Virus record (IMG/VR): IMGVR_UViG_3300038492_000126
Span: 1-46,401 of that record
Direction: 5' to 3' (one strand)
Length of the DNA stretch: 46,401 nt
DNA from: a virus
Lineage: Duplodnaviria; Caudoviricetes
Shown here: positions 44,463 through 46,401 of the stretch, piece by piece
Numbering within the stretch: the first letter of the stretch is position 1
Layout of the letters: each line of letters opens with the position of its first letter
Notes under the pieces: generated by a model
Seen by the model: the letters and a program-made list of their open reading frames with translations, nothing else
Told to the model about the DNA's origin: nothing
The model's database searches: none
Position numbers and translations under genes: made by a program

Positions 44463-44767
44463 AAAGCAATACAGATGATTATAAAGAGGGAGTCAATCCA
44501 TATCTATCACCTGATACTCCACTCGGCATACGTGTAGGCATCAAGCTCAGGTCAGGAACTTACATGGAAGGTTACTTATTCAAGTTCGAACCTGAGAGAA
44601 TAGTGATAGAGAGGACTCTCACAAGTGTAGATAGGAAGCATATTGTAGTAGAGAAACTACGAACAGCATTCCTCACCCTTGACATTGAATTTGTTGATAC
44701 CTTCATAGAAGGGGATGAGGTATCCCTCAAGCTGGTAGAAGTAGAGAAGCCGAACAACAATAATTAA
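44459..44767 (+). CDS. Hypothetical protein, possible Sm/SH3-like beta barrel
   Basis: RVGIKLRSGTYMEGYLFKFE resembles the Sm1 pattern; ATGA coupling. Confidence 0.55.
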   Translation: MKSNTDDYKEGVNPYLSPDTPLGIRVGIKLRSGTYMEGYLFKFEPERIVIERTLTSVDRKHIVVEKLRTAFLTLDIEFVDTFIEGDEVSLKLVEVEKPNNNN

Positions 44768-44768
44768 T

Positions 44769-45893
44769 ATGATAGGAAAAGACATGCGACACTCACCTTC
44801 CGATATAATAGATCAGATCAAGCAATTCACTGATGAGCAAATAAGAGAGCAGAAAAGGCAAAAGCAGGATAAACTTATCAAAGCTGAGGAAGTATATCAA
44901 TACGCTGCAAAGGCTGTTCAAGTCCTCTCTCTTCTGGAGAGGGGAGAGAAGATAAATCCCAGTATTGTCTATGTCTTTCCTGTTCCTTGTTATTTGAAAC
45001 TACGAGCAATGGCTAAGAGGAGAGGTTTAACTTATCACCTAGAAAAGGCAGTGCAAGAAGCAAGCATTGCACCTTCCTCCGATCCGAGTAGGGCTATTCC
45101 CAATGCAGAAGAGGAGAAGATATACGCTCTACTCATGGATATAGAATATGCAATCTCAATGTTCGACGCTACTACCCAGAAGAAGAATGACATTATACAT
45201 TTAATGTCTCTTCTACCTGATGAATATCGTCACGTATATTCAAGACAATTCTCCTGGGTCAAGTCTCCATACGAGGCTTTCCAACGTGATATAGTAATAG
45301 AAGATCCACTAAATAATACACCAGAGAAAGGTATTCTCATGACAAATTTCTATCCAGAAGTTGAAGCAAGCACTCGCAAGGTTCCAGTTCAAGGCGTTGT
45401 CCGCTGTGTATTCGCCATAAACTCCAACGATATGTATTCCTTCTTGTGTGACATTCCAGTCGCCGAGAAAGATATCGTAGTCGTTGACACGCAGAAAGGA
45501 CCTAAGACTGCTTACGTAGTCGAAGTCGCTGGTATCCGTAAGCCTCTTCGTGACCTGGCTACGAAGGATGTGATCTGCATCGTTGACGTAACTAAGTTCA
45601 AGGAAGAGCAGGCGAAGCGCAAGGAGATTGCAGAGATCCGGGCAACTCTTACCGAGACCAAGAAGGAATTTGAAGAGATGGAGTTCTTCAAGATGATGGC
45701 TGCTACCAATCCAAAGGCTCACAAATTGTTGACTCGGTTGGGCGATCTTGAAGGTGTGCAGCATGTCCAAGCTCTTCCGGCTGCTGATGAGGGAAGAACT
45801 CCTGCTCCAGCTGTAGATAACGATGTGGCAGAGGAGACTAACGAGTCTCGCTCTCGTAACCGTAACAGAGATACAGAAGAGGAAGGCAAGTAA
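44769..45893 (+). CDS. Two-part hypothetical protein (possible internal start at 45339)
   Basis: 374-aa ORF; C-terminal half YSF...DIVVVDT..G..TAYVVEV followed by coiled coil. Confidence 0.65.
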   Translation: MIGKDMRHSPSDIIDQIKQFTDEQIREQKRQKQDKLIKAEEVYQYAAKAVQVLSLLERGEKINPSIVYVFPVPCYLKLRAMAKRRGLTYHLEKAVQEASIAPSSDPSRAIPNAEEEKIYALLMDIEYAISMFDATTQKKNDIIHLMSLLPDEYRHVYSRQFSWVKSPYEAFQRDIVIEDPLNNTPEKGILMTNFYPEVEASTRKVPVQGVVRCVFAINSNDMYSFLCDIPVAEKDIVVVDTQKGPKTAYVVEVAGIRKPLRDLATKDVICIVDVTKFKEEQAKRKEIAEIRATLTETKKEFEEMEFFKMMAATNPKAHKLLTRLGDLEGVQHVQALPAADEGRTPAPAVDNDVAEETNESRSRNRNRDTEEEGK

Positions 45894-45895
45894 CC

Positions 45896-46377
45896 ATGAG
45901 TATAACTCCTCTACAACCTGGGGAGCAGGTTACTTTCGAATCTTTGTTTGGGACAGAGGAATTGAGGAATCAGTTCCCTGTTCCCTATCATGAAACATGG
46001 GAAGTAGTCGACTCCACAAAGATTACTGAATACCGCACGTGTCCACGTAAATTCTTTTACAAGTATGTGCTTGGTTGGGGTAGTATATATCCATCCATTC
46101 ACCTTGTCTTTGGAGCAGCGTGGCATGAGGCGCATGAATACCTAACCATCAATGGGTATAGTCAAGAGAACATTGACAAAGCATATCTCGCCTTCGAGAA
46201 GGAGTTCCGTAAGTATTTCCCTGAGCACATGGATGAGGACTTCAAAGGTAAGACTCCTTCAAATGCTCGCCTCGCACTACAAATGTATGTGGTTGAGTGG
46301 GCATTGCTCGACGACTACAAGAACCTCCACACGGAGCTATCTCTTAAGGTGCCGATAGGTAACGGTCGTTATATCTA
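45896..46377 (+). CDS. PD-(D/E)XK RecB/Cas4-like exonuclease, 5' part (continues at the contig start)
   Basis: MSITPLQ...DSTKITEYRTCPRKFFYKYVLG...LVFGAAWH...FPEHMDEDFKG joins ORF 9..722 in frame. Confidence 0.88.
46221..46377. repeat. Terminal direct repeat, copy 2
   Basis: Matches 1-157. Confidence 0.95.
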
Positions 46378-46384
46378 TCTGCTC

Positions 46385-46401
46385 GATCGTGACTGGGAAA
46401 C
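46385..46401 (-). other. Untrimmed SISPA/random-amplification primer
   Basis: GATCGTGACTGGGAAAC is the reverse complement of GTTTCCCAGTCACGATC. Confidence 0.9.

Overview
The window is an apparently complete ~46.2 kb double-stranded DNA phage genome with a podovirus-type virion module. Bases 1-157 recur at 46221-46377 (assembly overlap, unit length 46,220 bp), and the last 17 nt are a random-amplification primer. The + strand arm (about 37850-46220 continuing into 1-12608) carries early genes, two tRNAs, a Cas4-like nuclease/RecD-like helicase/Sak4-like ATPase/SSB-like recombination module, a ParB-DNA methyltransferase fusion, a UDG-PolA fusion polymerase, a DUF3987-like helicase and a DEDD exonuclease. 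The - strand arm (37182 to 12669) carries TerS, TerL, portal, scaffold, major capsid, tail adaptor/nozzle, three internal (ejection) proteins and two holin-like genes. I could not recognise an integrase, RNA polymerase, primase or endolysin. The most unusual feature is five late-operon proteins, including both beta-helix tailspike/lyase proteins, with Sec-type signal peptides all predicted to be cleaved at Ala|Gln and with many D-(S/T)-hydrophobic sequons. This suggests virion-type proteins exported and modified by an FCB-group host. Other notable features are a genome-wide palindrome TTGCACWGTGCAA, atypical PolA active-site residues, two tRNA-like remnants, an origin-like inverted-repeat/poly(A) locus and a frameshifted early gene. 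All product calls come from motif recognition by eye; no database searches were run.
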